DNA of 64,000 nucleotides from assembly GCA_044226625.1 (NCBI GenBank), contig JBGAGQ010000009.1:44589-108588 (forward strand), written 5' to 3'. Every line of letters begins with the position of its first letter. Within the stretch, counting starts at the first letter, position 1. The stretch comes from Thermoanaerobaculia bacterium (lineage in GTDB: Bacteria > Acidobacteriota > Thermoanaerobaculia > Multivoradales > UBA5704). The notes under the pieces are model-generated. The model had not been told where the DNA came from and did no database searches. It saw only the letters and a program-made list of their open reading frames with translations. Position numbers and translations under genes: made by a program. This document shows, piece by piece, positions 27,282-37,493 of this stretch.

Positions 27282-28277
27282 TCAGAGCCCGCGGACGATG
27301 CGTCGCGCCAGGCCCGGCCCTTCAAAGACCATCGCCGAGTACAGCTGGACCAGATCGGCCCCGGCGTCCAGGCGACGCCGGGCTTCCTCCGCGGAGTCGA
27401 TGCCCCCTACTGAGATCAAGACCCCGCGGTCACGGAGGCGGGGGGCGATGGCGAGCAGGGTGGTAAAGCTCCGATCCTTCAAGACCCGGCCGGAGAGGCC
27501 GCCGCGGGGCTCGCAGCCCGGGAGCAGGTCGTAATCGATCGTGGTGTTCGTGGCGATCAGACCCGACGCGCCCCGGTCGAGAGCGGCCGAGGCCAGCTCG
27601 GCGGCCGCGGCGGGCGGAAGGTCGGGGGCGATCTTCACCAGGATCGGCTTCTTCGTGAGGGTCTCCGCGCGCCGAAACAGCTCGGCGAGGAAGCTCTCGT
27701 TCTGGAGGTCGCGAAGGCCCGGCGTGTTCGGCGAGGAGAGGTTGATCACCAGGTAGTCGGCGAAGCGCTCGAGCCCGGAGAGGAGCGTCTCGTAATCGTC
27801 GATCGCACGCTCGGGCGGGGTCGCCTTGTTCTTCCCCAGGTTGATGCCGAGGGGAACCGGTGGCGGACCGAGGCGGGTGAGGACGGCCGCCATCGCCGCC
27901 ATCCCCCGGTTGTTGAAACCGAGAGCGTTCTGCAGCGTTCCCGCCTTAGGGTGCCGGAACATCCGAGGGCGCGGATTGCCGGGCTGGCCGAGCGGCGTCA
28001 CCGTGCCGATCTCGACGAATCCGAAGCCGAGCGCAGCGAGTCCCCGGACCGCACGGCCATCCTTGTCGAAGCCGGCCGCGAGGCCGACGGGGTTGAGAAA
28101 CGTCGTCCCTAGCAGGTGCCGTGCGAGCCGCGCGTCGGCCGCCCGGGCGCGCCGAACCCCGAGCTCCGCCCAGCCCGGCAACGCCTGCGCGGATCGAAGG
28201 GCCAAAAGACCGAGGGCGTGGCCGGTTTCCGCATCGAAACGGAAAAGGAGCGGCCGGAGGAGCGAATAGAGTCCCAT
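27282..28277 (-). CDS. pyrD: Quinone-dependent dihydroorotate dehydrogenase
   Basis: GLAAGFDK, NLGKNK, NLSSPNTPGLR, VKIAPD, TNTT. Confidence 0.95.
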   Translation of the reverse strand: MGLYSLLRPLLFRFDAETGHALGLLALRSAQALPGWAELGVRRARAADARLARHLLGTTFLNPVGLAAGFDKDGRAVRGLAALGFGFVEIGTVTPLGQPGNPRPRMFRHPKAGTLQNALGFNNRGMAAMAAVLTRLGPPPVPLGINLGKNKATPPERAIDDYETLLSGLERFADYLVINLSSPNTPGLRDLQNESFLAELFRRAETLTKKPILVKIAPDLPPAAAAELASAALDRGASGLIATNTTIDYDLLPGCEPRGGLSGRVLKDRSFTTLLAIAPRLRDRGVLISVGGIDSAEEARRRLDAGADLVQLYSAMVFEGPGLARRIVRGL

Positions 28278-28423
28278 CCGGACGGCATTCTAGGGGATCC
28301 GGGCTGCCCCGGCAGACCGATCCGGGGTTGCCGGGGCACCCCGGGCACCTGTGCTATAGTGCGCGTCCAAGTCTATGGGTTCAAACCACTTGCCGGCCCA
28401 TAGACCATGCGGGGGACGAACGC

Positions 28424-28753
28424 TTGAGCACGGGAATCGACACCACCGAGGTGCGGATCTTCGGCGCCGCGTACAACGTCCGCGGCAGCGATGGGAGCGG
28501 CCACGTCCAGGCGCTCGCGGATCTCGTCGATGGCAAGATGCGAGAGATCGCGAGCCGGGTGCGAACGCAGGATACCGCGCGGATCGCGATCCTCGCCGCG
28601 CTCAACCTGGCCGACGAGCTCTATCAGCTGCAACGACGGCAAGAAGGGGAACGGGGCGAAGTTCGAGAAAGGCTTGACGAGCTGGTGAAGGAGTTGGACG
28701 AGGTCCTGGTCGAGGATGCGGCGGGACGGAAGGCGACTCCTTCTGAGATATGA
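28424..28753 (+). CDS. zapA: Cell division protein ZapA
   Basis: VRIFGAAYNV...VDGKMREI...AILAALNLADEL; extended -10 TGTGCTATAGT upstream; synteny with 6S RNA and rny. Confidence 0.9.
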   Translation: MSTGIDTTEVRIFGAAYNVRGSDGSGHVQALADLVDGKMREIASRVRTQDTARIAILAALNLADELYQLQRRQEGERGEVRERLDELVKELDEVLVEDAAGRKATPSEI

Positions 28754-28757
28754 TTTT

Positions 28758-28959
28758 GCGTGCGCATCCCCTGGATGGTGCGAGATGGGCTTAACGATCG
28801 TAGAACCAACGTTATACCCCCGGGAGCTCGGATTCCGCGGCGCCTGTGCCAGCCTCGCTCGTACGAGGACGCTAACGGCTCGAGGAGAGGGCACCCACCT
28901 GTTTGCGTTACAGGTTCTAAAACGCACAGCCCGCTCGTATCCGCGGGGGATGCGCACGC
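28758..28959 (+). ncRNA. ssrS: 6S RNA
   Basis: About 200 nt closed by a long terminal stem (GCGTGCGCATCCCC...GGGGATGCGCACGC); GAACC...GGTTC flanking a central bubble; CACCCACC; canonical position between zapA and rny. Confidence 0.85.
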
Positions 28960-29022
28960 TAAATCGACCGCTCGCCTTCTCGAGGCAACGCCCCCGACCC
29001 CCCCTTTGACGGGGAGGTCGCA

Positions 29023-30588
29023 TTGAGCACGAATCTCTTTCTGATCGCGGCGCTCGTCCTGGTCGCGGCTGCCATCTCCTATTTCCTGCTCCGTTGGGGC
29101 AAGCGGGAATCCCTGCGTCTTCGCCTCGAAGCCGAGCAGCGCGCCAAACAAATCCTGGAAGACGCCGAACGCCTCGGAGAAACTAAGGTCCGGGAAGCGG
29201 AGCTGGCCGCGAAGGAAAAACTGCTCCAGGCCCGCAGCGAGTTCGAGAGCGCGTCGCGGAAGCGCCGTTCCGAGCTGGAGCAGGTCGAACGCCGGCTTAC
29301 CCAGAAGGAAGACACCCTCGATAAGCGAACCGAAGACCTGACCACCCGCGATCGCGAGGTGGCGTCTCGGGAAAAGTCGCTCCAGGGGCGCGAGCACACG
29401 GTCGCGGCGCAAGAGGCCGAGGTCACGCGGATGCTCGCCGAGGAGCGCCAGAAGCTCGAGCACATCGCCGGCCTGACGGCCCAGCAGGCTCGCGAAGAGC
29501 TGGTCCGTTCGCTCGAGCAGGACGCCCGGATGGAGGCGGCCAACATCGTCAAGCGCCTGGAAGACGAGGCACGGGAAACGGCTCACCGTCAGGCGCAGAG
29601 GATCATCGGGATGGCGGTGCAGCGCGCCGCATCCGACTACGTGTCCGAGGCGACGGTCTCGGTGGTCATGCTGCCGAACGACGAGATGAAGGGTCGGATC
29701 ATCGGCCGCGAGGGCCGGAACATCCGGGCGCTCGAAACCGCGACGGGGGTCGACCTGATCGTCGACGACACGCCCGAGGCGGTGATCCTTTCCGGCTTCG
29801 ATCCGTTCCGCCGCGAGGTGGCGCGCGTGGCGCTCGAGCGCTTGATCACCGACGGGCGCATCCACCCGGCCCGAATCGAAGAGGTGGTCGAGAAGGTCAA
29901 AGCGGAGTTCGAGCAGAAGATCTTCACCGAAGGTGAAGCGGCACTGCTCGAGCTCGGGATTCCCGACCTCCACCCGGAGCTGACCAAGCTGCTCGGACGC
30001 TTGCGTTACCGCACCTCGTACGGCCAGAACGTCCTGCATCACAGCCGCGAAGTCGCATTCCTCGCAGGAGCGATGGCCGCCGAGCTCAAGGCGAACGTCC
30101 ACGTCGCGCGGCGCGCCGGCATCCTCCACGACATCGGCAAGGCGATCGACCGCGAAATGGAGGGAACCCACCTCCAACTGGGCATCGAGCTACTCCGGAA
30201 GTACGGCGAGTCCGAAGAGGTAGTCCACGGCATGGCTTGCCACCACGGCGACTACGATCCGCAAACGGTCGAGGCGGTCCTGGTGACCGCGGCGGACGCC
30301 CTGTCGGCCGCCCGGCCCGGCGCGCGGCGCGAGGTGCTCGAGACCTACGTCAAGCGGCTCGAGAAGCTCGAGGAGATCGCCTCGGGCTTCAAGGGAGTGC
30401 AGAAGACATTCGCGATCCAGGCCGGCCGCGAGGTGCGGATCATCGTCGACAGCGGCAAGCTCTCCGACGATCAGGCGCTCTGGCTGTCGAAGGACATCGC
30501 CCGAAAGGTCGAGGCCGAGCTCACCTATCCCGGCCAGATCAAGATCACCGTCATCCGCGAGACCCGGTCGATCGAGTACGCCCGCTGA
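29023..30588 (+). CDS. rny: Ribonuclease Y
   Basis: N-terminal TM, coiled coil, KH domain ([13 protein letters not shown]), HD domain (LHDIGK). Confidence 0.97.
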   Translation: MSTNLFLIAALVLVAAAISYFLLRWGKRESLRLRLEAEQRAKQILEDAERLGETKVREAELAAKEKLLQARSEFESASRKRRSELEQVERRLTQKEDTLDKRTEDLTTRDREVASREKSLQGREHTVAAQEAEVTRMLAEERQKLEHIAGLTAQQAREELVRSLEQDARMEAANIVKRLEDEARETAHRQAQRIIGMAVQRAASDYVSEATVSVVMLPNDEMKGRIIGREGRNIRALETATGVDLIVDDTPEAVILSGFDPFRREVARVALERLITDGRIHPARIEEVVEKVKAEFEQKIFTEGEAALLELGIPDLHPELTKLLGRLRYRTSYGQNVLHHSREVAFLAGAMAAELKANVHVARRAGILHDIGKAIDREMEGTHLQLGIELLRKYGESEEVVHGMACHHGDYDPQTVEAVLVTAADALSAARPGARREVLETYVKRLEKLEEIASGFKGVQKTFAIQAGREVRIIVDSGKLSDDQALWLSKDIARKVEAELTYPGQIKITVIRETRSIEYAR

Positions 30589-30673
30589 CGGCAGGGACGA
30601 AGACAAACCTCCTCAACACCCCAGGCCCTTCTCCCTCCCCTCCGGGAGGGCCAGGGAGGGGGATGGGATCGAA

Positions 30674-31465
30674 ATGAAGCTACTGTTCGTTGGCGACGTG
30701 ATCGGCAAGCCCGGCCGCCGAGCGGTCAAGACGCTCGTTCCCCGGCTGATCGACCAGCACAAGATCGATTACACGGTGGTCAACGTCGAGAACTCCTCGG
30801 GAGGATTCGGCGTCACCCCCGACGTGTTGGCCGAATTCGAGGGGCTCGGGATCGACTGCTACACGACGGGCAACCACGTCTGGGACAAGAAGGAAGGGGT
30901 CGAGCTGCTCTCGCGCGAGCCACGCCTCCTCCGCCCCGCGAACTACCCCGAGGGAAACCCCGGCAAGGGTCTTTTCGTGGGCGAGACCGCGGCGGGTATC
31001 CCGGTCGCCGTGATCAACCTCGAGGGACGGGTCTTCATGAGCCACCTCGATTCGCCTTTTCACGCCGCCGACCGGCTGATCGCCTCGCTCGGCCGGGAGG
31101 TCAAAGTGATCCTCGTCGATTTTCACGCCGACGCGACGAGCGAGAAGCAGGCTCTCGGCTTCTACCTCGACGGCAAGGCGAGCGCTGTGCTCGGCACCCA
31201 CACCCACGTGCCCACCGCCGACGAGCGGGTTCTTCCGGGCGGAACCGCGCTGCTCACCGACGTCGGGATGACCGGGCCCTACGAGTCGATCATCGGCATG
31301 AAAGTCGACAAAGTCCTGCGCCGTTTCCTGCTCCAAACCTCGGCGCCGCTCGAGGTCGCCAAGCGCGACGTCCGGCTCGCCGGGGCGGTCGTCGACATCG
31401 ACGAGGCGACCGGCAAGGCTCGCGCCATCGAGCGGCTGCTCGTCCCCGTGGGCGACGAGGCCTGA
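30674..31465 (+). CDS. ymdB: TIGR00282/YmdB metallophosphoesterase
   Basis: GDVIG, GNHVWD, DFHA, GTHTHVPTAD, TDVGMTG. Confidence 0.93.
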   Translation: MKLLFVGDVIGKPGRRAVKTLVPRLIDQHKIDYTVVNVENSSGGFGVTPDVLAEFEGLGIDCYTTGNHVWDKKEGVELLSREPRLLRPANYPEGNPGKGLFVGETAAGIPVAVINLEGRVFMSHLDSPFHAADRLIASLGREVKVILVDFHADATSEKQALGFYLDGKASAVLGTHTHVPTADERVLPGGTALLTDVGMTGPYESIIGMKVDKVLRRFLLQTSAPLEVAKRDVRLAGAVVDIDEATGKARAIERLLVPVGDEA

Positions 31466-31542
31466 ACCGACGGCATTCGTTTTGCTTTCTCCGACAGAAG
31501 TCCAAGCCAAAGGGTCCCCTCGACCCGCTTCGGGCCTCTTCC

Positions 31543-32664
31543 ATGAGCAGCAACGATGACCTCGCGACGCTCCGTCCCCTCGACGAATTCCTCGATTCGC
31601 TCGGTAAACCTCTGTATCAAGAGGGTTTCGGGGCGGTCGCCCTGCTCGACGACGGCGCGGTTTTACGCCAGGCCAACCATGCCTTCTGCCGCCTTCTTCA
31701 ATTCGAACAGGCTGCGCTGATCGGTCAAACCCTATCCTCCTTCCTCCTGCCGAGCGCAAAAACCCTGGGCGATGCGGCCCTCGCCGGCTTGCAATCTCGA
31801 CACGGTTTTGAAGGGGAGTTTCCAATTCTTGCAGCCGACGGCTCGCTCGTCGAGGTCGAATGGCGCTTCCGGCCACGCGTCGCTCCCGGGCTCCATTTGG
31901 CGTTCGCCCGCGATCTGCGGACCGAAAAGCAGCTGCTTCGGTTGCGCCGGGAGCTCGAGCAGGCCCGGCTCTACGCGATCGACGCGGTCGACGCGAAGGA
32001 CCGCTTCTTCGCGGCGCTCTCCCATGAGCTGCGCACGCCCTTAGCCCCCGTCATGCTCACGCTCTCCGCGATGCAGGCGGCCGACGATCTGCCGGAGCGT
32101 TTCGCGCCGATGCTCGAGCGGATCCGGCGCAATCTGGAGCTCGAAGTCCGGCTGATCGACGATCTGCTGTCCAAGGGCACCAGCGCGGCGGTCGCCCAAT
32201 CGGTCCAGCAGGCGAAACGGCCGTCGGTTTCCGGCCGTGTCCTGGGGATCGCGCCTCACCTGCTCTTGGTCGAAGACCACGACGACACCGCCGAGGCGCT
32301 TTCGGTCCTGCTCCAGGATTCCGGGTTCCGCGTCACCCGGGCCGCCTCGGTCGCCGATGCGCTCGCCGCGGCGTTCCAAGCGCACGCCGATCATCACGAG
32401 AGCTTCCAGCTCGTCCTTTCCGATCTCGGCCTTCCCGACGGCGACGGCTGCGACTTGATGCGGGTGCTGTCGAAGCGACATGGCCTCAAAGGAATCGCGT
32501 TGTCGGGATATGGAATGGACGAGGACATTCAGCGGGCCCTCGCGGCCGGCTTCGCCCGGCACCTTACGAAGCCGGTCGATCTCCGGCGGCTCATCGACGT
32601 GATTCGCGAAGAGCTCGCCGTAGGGACCGATTCCGCGCCGCAGATCGAATCGGTTCGGGCCTGA
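31543..32664 (+). CDS. PAS-HisKA-receiver hybrid protein lacking an HATPase domain
   Basis: PAS region; SHELRTPL; a ~30-aa linker, then receiver LLVEDH...SDLGLPDG...KPV. Confidence 0.85.
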   Translation: MSSNDDLATLRPLDEFLDSLGKPLYQEGFGAVALLDDGAVLRQANHAFCRLLQFEQAALIGQTLSSFLLPSAKTLGDAALAGLQSRHGFEGEFPILAADGSLVEVEWRFRPRVAPGLHLAFARDLRTEKQLLRLRRELEQARLYAIDAVDAKDRFFAALSHELRTPLAPVMLTLSAMQAADDLPERFAPMLERIRRNLELEVRLIDDLLSKGTSAAVAQSVQQAKRPSVSGRVLGIAPHLLLVEDHDDTAEALSVLLQDSGFRVTRAASVADALAAAFQAHADHHESFQLVLSDLGLPDGDGCDLMRVLSKRHGLKGIALSGYGMDEDIQRALAAGFARHLTKPVDLRRLIDVIREELAVGTDSAPQIESVRA

Positions 32665-32679
32665 GCCGTTCGACGAGGT

Positions 32680-33543
32680 TCAACCGCGCGGGTCGATCAC
32701 CTCGTAGAGAGCCGAGTAGTCGGCGCCTCCCATCCCGCCTTCGACGGTCCGCGCCAACACGCCCCGGAGTGCGTCGGCCACCGTCGTATCGAGCCCGAGA
32801 GAGCGGCATTCGGCGCGGATCAGATCCACGTCTTTGAGCATCAGCTCGGCCGGAAAGCTCGGCTCCGCGAAATCCCGCGCCCGGATCTTCGGCAGCTTAC
32901 CGTCGTAGCTGGGGGCGTAGAGCGCGCTCTTGCGCAAGATTCCGAGGAACACCTCGAGGTCGACTCCCGACCGGCGGACCATCCCGACGGACAGCGAGAA
33001 CGCCGCGATCAGGTTCGGAATCAGCTGGTTGAGAGCGAGCTTGAGCGCCGCCGCCTGACCGACCGGGCCGACATGGGTAGTGGGCCCGAGCAGCGCAAGC
33101 GTCTCCTCGATGCGAGCGAGCTCGGCCGCATCGCCCCCCACAAGAACCTGCAACGTGCCGCTTCGAGATTGCGGTGTGCTGCCCAGAACCGGCGCCTCGA
33201 GATACCTCGCCCCCGCGCCCTCGATCTGGTCGGCGAGCGCTCGGCTCTCCGCCGGAGCGATCGTGCTCATCTGGACGAAGGTCTTACCCGCGAGTGCCGG
33301 AAGCGCACCGTCGAGGGCGGCGTGGATTGCCGGGCCGTCGCGCAGCATCGCGAGAACCAGCCCTCCCGGCCCCACCCCTTCGATCGCCTCGCTTGCGGAA
33401 CCCGCGACCTCGGCGCCGAGGCCGCGAAGCGGCTCGGCCTTCGCCGCCGTGCGATTCCAAACCGAAAGCTCCGCCTCCCTTTCGAGCAGGCGCTCGGCCA
33501 TCGCGAATCCCATCAGCCCGGTGCCTAACAGTGCGATGCGCAT
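32680..33543 (-). CDS. 3-hydroxyisobutyrate dehydrogenase-family oxidoreductase
   Basis: GTGLMG, EAPVLGS, KLALN. Confidence 0.9.
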   Translation of the reverse strand: MRIALLGTGLMGFAMAERLLEREAELSVWNRTAAKAEPLRGLGAEVAGSASEAIEGVGPGGLVLAMLRDGPAIHAALDGALPALAGKTFVQMSTIAPAESRALADQIEGAGARYLEAPVLGSTPQSRSGTLQVLVGGDAAELARIEETLALLGPTTHVGPVGQAAALKLALNQLIPNLIAAFSLSVGMVRRSGVDLEVFLGILRKSALYAPSYDGKLPKIRARDFAEPSFPAELMLKDVDLIRAECRSLGLDTTVADALRGVLARTVEGGMGGADYSALYEVIDPRG

Positions 33544-33567
33544 GGTGATTTCCTCCAAACGGCAAAA

Positions 33568-33936
33568 TCAAGGGCGGAACGACGCCGAGCAGTCGGGTCC
33601 TTCCCAGACCTCCACCTCGGCCAAGGGAGCCGCCGGCAGCCGCTGTTTCATGCGCTCGAAGAACCATGCGGCGACGTGCTCGGTGGTCGGGCTCGAAACG
33701 TCGAAGGGCGGAATCGTGTTCAGGTCTCGATGGTCGAGCTCGGCACAGAGCGCCCCGAGCGCGTTCTTCACTTCGACGAAATCCCAGGCCATGCCGTCGC
33801 CGTCCAGGGTTCCGGTTTTGAGATAGACCTCGACCTTCCAGGAATGGCCGTGAGAGCATTCCACGCCGCCTCGGTAGGAGAGCAGGTGGTGGGCGGCCTC
33901 GAAGCGGCCTCGGACGCGCAGTCGATAGCTCGGCAT
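33568..33936 (-). CDS. queD: 6-carboxytetrahydropterin synthase
   Basis: FEAAH; C-x-H-G-H; LDH; PTTE; VWE. Confidence 0.85.
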   Translation of the reverse strand: MPSYRLRVRGRFEAAHHLLSYRGGVECSHGHSWKVEVYLKTGTLDGDGMAWDFVEVKNALGALCAELDHRDLNTIPPFDVSSPTTEHVAAWFFERMKQRLPAAPLAEVEVWEGPDCSASFRP

Positions 33937-34058
33937 GGCGTCCATCATAAGCGGCCGGCGCCTGGTTTGCCCTCCGCGCTCGGCTGGGCGACAATCCCCC
34001 GATCCGGTCGAGACAATCCGTCCCGAAGGATCTCCGGTCAGCCTGGGAGGACTTTTCG

Positions 34059-35615
34059 TTGCGTCGAGTCGGAATCTTTGGTTGGGGGATCGTGGCCCCC
34101 CGGTCGCCCAACGTCGCCGCGTTCGCGGCCAACCTCGAATCGTCCGAGAGCTGGCTCACGCCGTTCCACGGTTTCGGCCCGGACACCTTTCTGGTCGGCC
34201 GACCGGAGTTCTCGTTCGAGGCGTATCGCTCGTGGATCGTCGAACGGTTTCCGCCGAGCCGCTTCCACACGCTGGAAGCCAAGATGGATCTGCCCACGCA
34301 ATTCGCGATCGGCGGCTTCCTCCAAGCACTCGAGCAGAACCCCGGCATCGAGCAGGAGCTCTCGCGCCTCGGCACGCGGACCCGGGTCTACGTCGGCACG
34401 GGACTCGGCAACCTGGCGACGATCTCCGACGCGACGCTCGCGCTGCGAAGGGGCCAAAGACGGTGGGATCGGTTCTGGGCGGAACGGCATCCGGACTACC
34501 CGTCGGCGGGCTCCTCGGATCTCGAAGCCGACGCGAGCCGCCCTCCCCATCCCGATTCGGTCGGGATCGACGATCGGGACGAGGCGCAGGGAGCTTGGTG
34601 GCACTGGTGGGCGGAACGATCGCCCGAGCTGCCGCTCTACTTGGCCGAGCTCGCCGAGATCGAAGGGCACGGCATTCACGGCGACGTCGAGAAGGCGAAA
34701 ATGTCCGTGATGAAGGAAAAGCAGCGCGGCCACGCGAAGCTTCAAGAAAAATGGCGCTGCCCCGAGCCGCCCTGGCGCGCGGTCTCCGCGAACCTGCTCT
34801 GGAACATCCAGAACACTCCCGCTTCGCAGATCTCGATCCTGGGAAAGATCACCGGTCTGGCTTTCGCCCCGGTCGCCGCCTGCTCGACGTTCGGCGTCAC
34901 GCTGAAGCTCGCGATGGACGCGATCCAAGGAGGGGAGGCCGAAGCGGTGGTGATCGGCGCGACCGACCCGCCGCCGCTGCCGATCACCGTCGGGGCGTTC
35001 TACTCCGGGCGAGTCATCTCCGCCGACGCCGCCGTTTCCAAGCCGCTCACCACCCTGCGCGGTACTCACGTCGCGGGAGGCGCGGCGATCTGGATCGTCG
35101 GGGACTACGAGCACATGACGTCTCGAGGCTTCAAGCCGCTCGGCATGGAGCCGGTCGGCGTAGGCGTTTCGTCGGACGCCGACCACATCATCACCCCTTC
35201 GCTCGAGGGACCGCGGACGGCGATTCGCGAGGCGCTCTCCGCATCGGGGATCGATCCCGCGGCGATCGGCTCGTGGGACCTCCACGCGACGGCGACGCCG
35301 GGCGATTTCAAAGAGGTCGAGACGCTGCGCAGCGTGGTCCCCGACCAAGTGGTGGTCACCGCGCGAAAGGGCACTTTCGGCCACGGCATGTCGGCCGGAG
35401 GTGGCTGGGAGCTTACGGCCCAATACCTCGGCTTCGAGCGGGGACGGCTCTTCCCCACTCCGCTCTCTCACGCGGAGCTCAACGAGGAAATCGGCCGCCT
35501 CCACCCGCTCTACGTCTTCGACGCCCCCTGTACCGCGCCGACAGGCCCGGTTGGGAAGCTCTCGATGGGCATCGGCGGCATCAACGCCTGTGTGATCTCG
35601 CGCCCCTGGAGCTGA
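34059..35615 (+). CDS. Stand-alone beta-ketoacyl synthase (FabF-like, with a large insertion)
   Basis: Cys-His-His triad: AACST, HATAT, KGTFGH; C-terminal SMGIGGIN. Confidence 0.85.
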   Translation: MRRVGIFGWGIVAPRSPNVAAFAANLESSESWLTPFHGFGPDTFLVGRPEFSFEAYRSWIVERFPPSRFHTLEAKMDLPTQFAIGGFLQALEQNPGIEQELSRLGTRTRVYVGTGLGNLATISDATLALRRGQRRWDRFWAERHPDYPSAGSSDLEADASRPPHPDSVGIDDRDEAQGAWWHWWAERSPELPLYLAELAEIEGHGIHGDVEKAKMSVMKEKQRGHAKLQEKWRCPEPPWRAVSANLLWNIQNTPASQISILGKITGLAFAPVAACSTFGVTLKLAMDAIQGGEAEAVVIGATDPPPLPITVGAFYSGRVISADAAVSKPLTTLRGTHVAGGAAIWIVGDYEHMTSRGFKPLGMEPVGVGVSSDADHIITPSLEGPRTAIREALSASGIDPAAIGSWDLHATATPGDFKEVETLRSVVPDQVVVTARKGTFGHGMSAGGGWELTAQYLGFERGRLFPTPLSHAELNEEIGRLHPLYVFDAPCTAPTGPVGKLSMGIGGINACVISRPWS

Positions 35616-35624
35616 AGCGAGGAC

Positions 35625-36929
35625 CTAGGGCTCGCCAAAACGCCAACGCGCCGAGGCCGACCAGACCGTCGCCCGGGAGGTGTAGCTGCCCGACGCGGCT
35701 CGGTTCCGCTCGTGCTCGTGGAGCGAATAGCCCAGGTCGAAGGAGATCTGCGGGAAGTTGTACGAGGCGCCGACGGCGTAGACCATGGCCTCGCCTCGCG
35801 GAAAACCGGGCGAAACGGCGGCGCCGGAAACCGGCGACTCTTCCCGCGAGACTCCGCCGAACAGACTCACCTGATCGCTCAGATCCCCTTCGACCCCCAA
35901 ACGGATCGACAGGGTGTCGTCCCAATCGCCGAAGCGGACGGTTTCGTTCACCTCGGGAAAGAGGCCGCCCGGGCCGAACCGCACCGTCGAGGCCTCGGCG
36001 TCCGACCATTTCTGCCACGCCGCGTCGAGCTCGATTCGCAGCTCGGGATACGGGGCGAACCAGATTCCGGTCCGCAGCTCCGCCGGCAGCTCGAAGGACT
36101 GAGACACCGAGCCGCTCGGCGTGAAGCGAGCCTGATCGGGGGCGGGGAGCTGGATGTCGCGGATGCTGAATCGCGCGTCGCCCGAGCCGTCAACCTTTAC
36201 CGCGCTCCGGAGCACGCCTCCCCATCCCCAGCGGTCGGTCGCGTAATGGAAGGCGACGTCCCAGCCAAGGCCGTCGACGTCCGATTTCGCCCGGCGCTCC
36301 TCTTCGGCAAACCGGGTGAGGCCCGCGAAGAAGACCGGCGTGATCGCGAACAGCCGGCTGTCGTCCTGTTCGAGGTTGCCTTTCAGGTAACGTACGCCGC
36401 CGCCCACGCTCCAGCGATCGCTCAGCCGGAACGCCACGGTCGGGTGGACCTCGAACAGAGTGAGCTCGAATTTCTTCTGGGCGAACCTCTCCGGAAAGAG
36501 GGCCGGTTTCCAATCGAGGGTGGTCCAGAACGGCGTGTCGATCCCAAGACCAACCGCCCAACGCGCGTCTCCGGCCGGGCGCCAGGTCGCGTAGACGGCC
36601 GGGGGAAACTCGATGACGTGTCCCGCGTCGAACGAACCGCCGAGCGACGAATCGAAAGAATCGGTGTCGTTGGCGAAGTCGAGCCCCGCCTGGAGCTGAA
36701 AGCCATCCAACCGCGCAATCGCCGCGGGGTTGAAGGCAACCGCCGAAGGGTCGGAAGCCCGAGCGGTGAAGGCCCCGACCTGACCGGTGGTCCTACCCCC
36801 GTGCTGGAACAGCCCGAAGCCCGCCGCTCCGGCGGGAACGGGAGCCCCGAGGAACGCCAGGGCCAGCAGGAGAGAGAGGGGCACGAGAACGACCCGGACG
36901 GGTCGAAAACAAGGCGACGATCGGCGCAC
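35625..36929 (-). CDS. OmpP1/FadL outer-membrane transport protein
   Basis: Signal peptide then AGFGLFQHG; DPSAVAFNPAA; beta-barrel with terminal WRF. Confidence 0.88.
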   Translation of the reverse strand: MRRSSPCFRPVRVVLVPLSLLLALAFLGAPVPAGAAGFGLFQHGGRTTGQVGAFTARASDPSAVAFNPAAIARLDGFQLQAGLDFANDTDSFDSSLGGSFDAGHVIEFPPAVYATWRPAGDARWAVGLGIDTPFWTTLDWKPALFPERFAQKKFELTLFEVHPTVAFRLSDRWSVGGGVRYLKGNLEQDDSRLFAITPVFFAGLTRFAEEERRAKSDVDGLGWDVAFHYATDRWGWGGVLRSAVKVDGSGDARFSIRDIQLPAPDQARFTPSGSVSQSFELPAELRTGIWFAPYPELRIELDAAWQKWSDAEASTVRFGPGGLFPEVNETVRFGDWDDTLSIRLGVEGDLSDQVSLFGGVSREESPVSGAAVSPGFPRGEAMVYAVGASYNFPQISFDLGYSLHEHERNRAASGSYTSRATVWSASARWRFGEP

Positions 36930-36957
36930 GTGATCCTCCTTGAGCTAAGTCGGCCGC

Positions 36958-37416
36958 CTATTCGACGGCAAAGATTTCCGGCACGATCCGCCCTTCGTCC
37001 AAGGTCAGGAGGGCGAGCGTAAGGGGCAGACGAAAGCGCCGCGCACCGCAAGCGCCCGGGTTGATCCAAAGCGCCTCGCTCCGCCACTCGATCTCCGGCC
37101 GGTGGGAGTGGCCGAACGCGACCACCCGCATCGACCGTTGCCAGCGAGCGGGAACGTCCTCCCGCCGGTGGATCAGGCCGAGCGCCATCCCTTCGATTTC
37201 GAAGGTGGCCGAGTCGGGCAGATCTGCAAGCTCGCCGCCATCGGTATTACCCCGGACCGCGGCCACCGGAACGCCCGGGGTGAGCATCTCGAGTCGCGCG
37301 AGGATCTCCCGCGAGCCGACGTCCCCGGCGTGGAAAATCCGGTCGCACCCGGCGAGCAGCTCCAGGACCCGAGGTCGAAGCAATCCGTGGGTGTCGGAGA
37401 GGAGGCCGATGCGCAT
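36958..37416 (-). CDS. YfcE/MJ0936-family metallophosphoesterase
   Basis: SDTHG, HAGD, GNTD, GHSH, NPGA. Confidence 0.92.
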   Translation of the reverse strand: MRIGLLSDTHGLLRPRVLELLAGCDRIFHAGDVGSREILARLEMLTPGVPVAAVRGNTDGGELADLPDSATFEIEGMALGLIHRREDVPARWQRSMRVVAFGHSHRPEIEWRSEALWINPGACGARRFRLPLTLALLTLDEGRIVPEIFAVE

Positions 37417-37493
37417 CGCCCGGGAATTGTAGCGTTCCACGCTCCACGCCCCCTCTCTCCGCGGCGTGCTACCGTCCCCGACCGAAAGAAACC

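Noticed and set aside
30620-30665. C-rich/G-rich inverted repeat between rny and ymdB as a REP element
   Set aside because: Imperfect, and no second copy was recognised in the window.
34059-35615. Ketosynthase as a substitute for the missing HMG-CoA synthase or thiolase
   Set aside because: It lies 22 kb from the MVA operon and has a FabF-type Cys-His-His triad; the missing genes may simply be outside the window.
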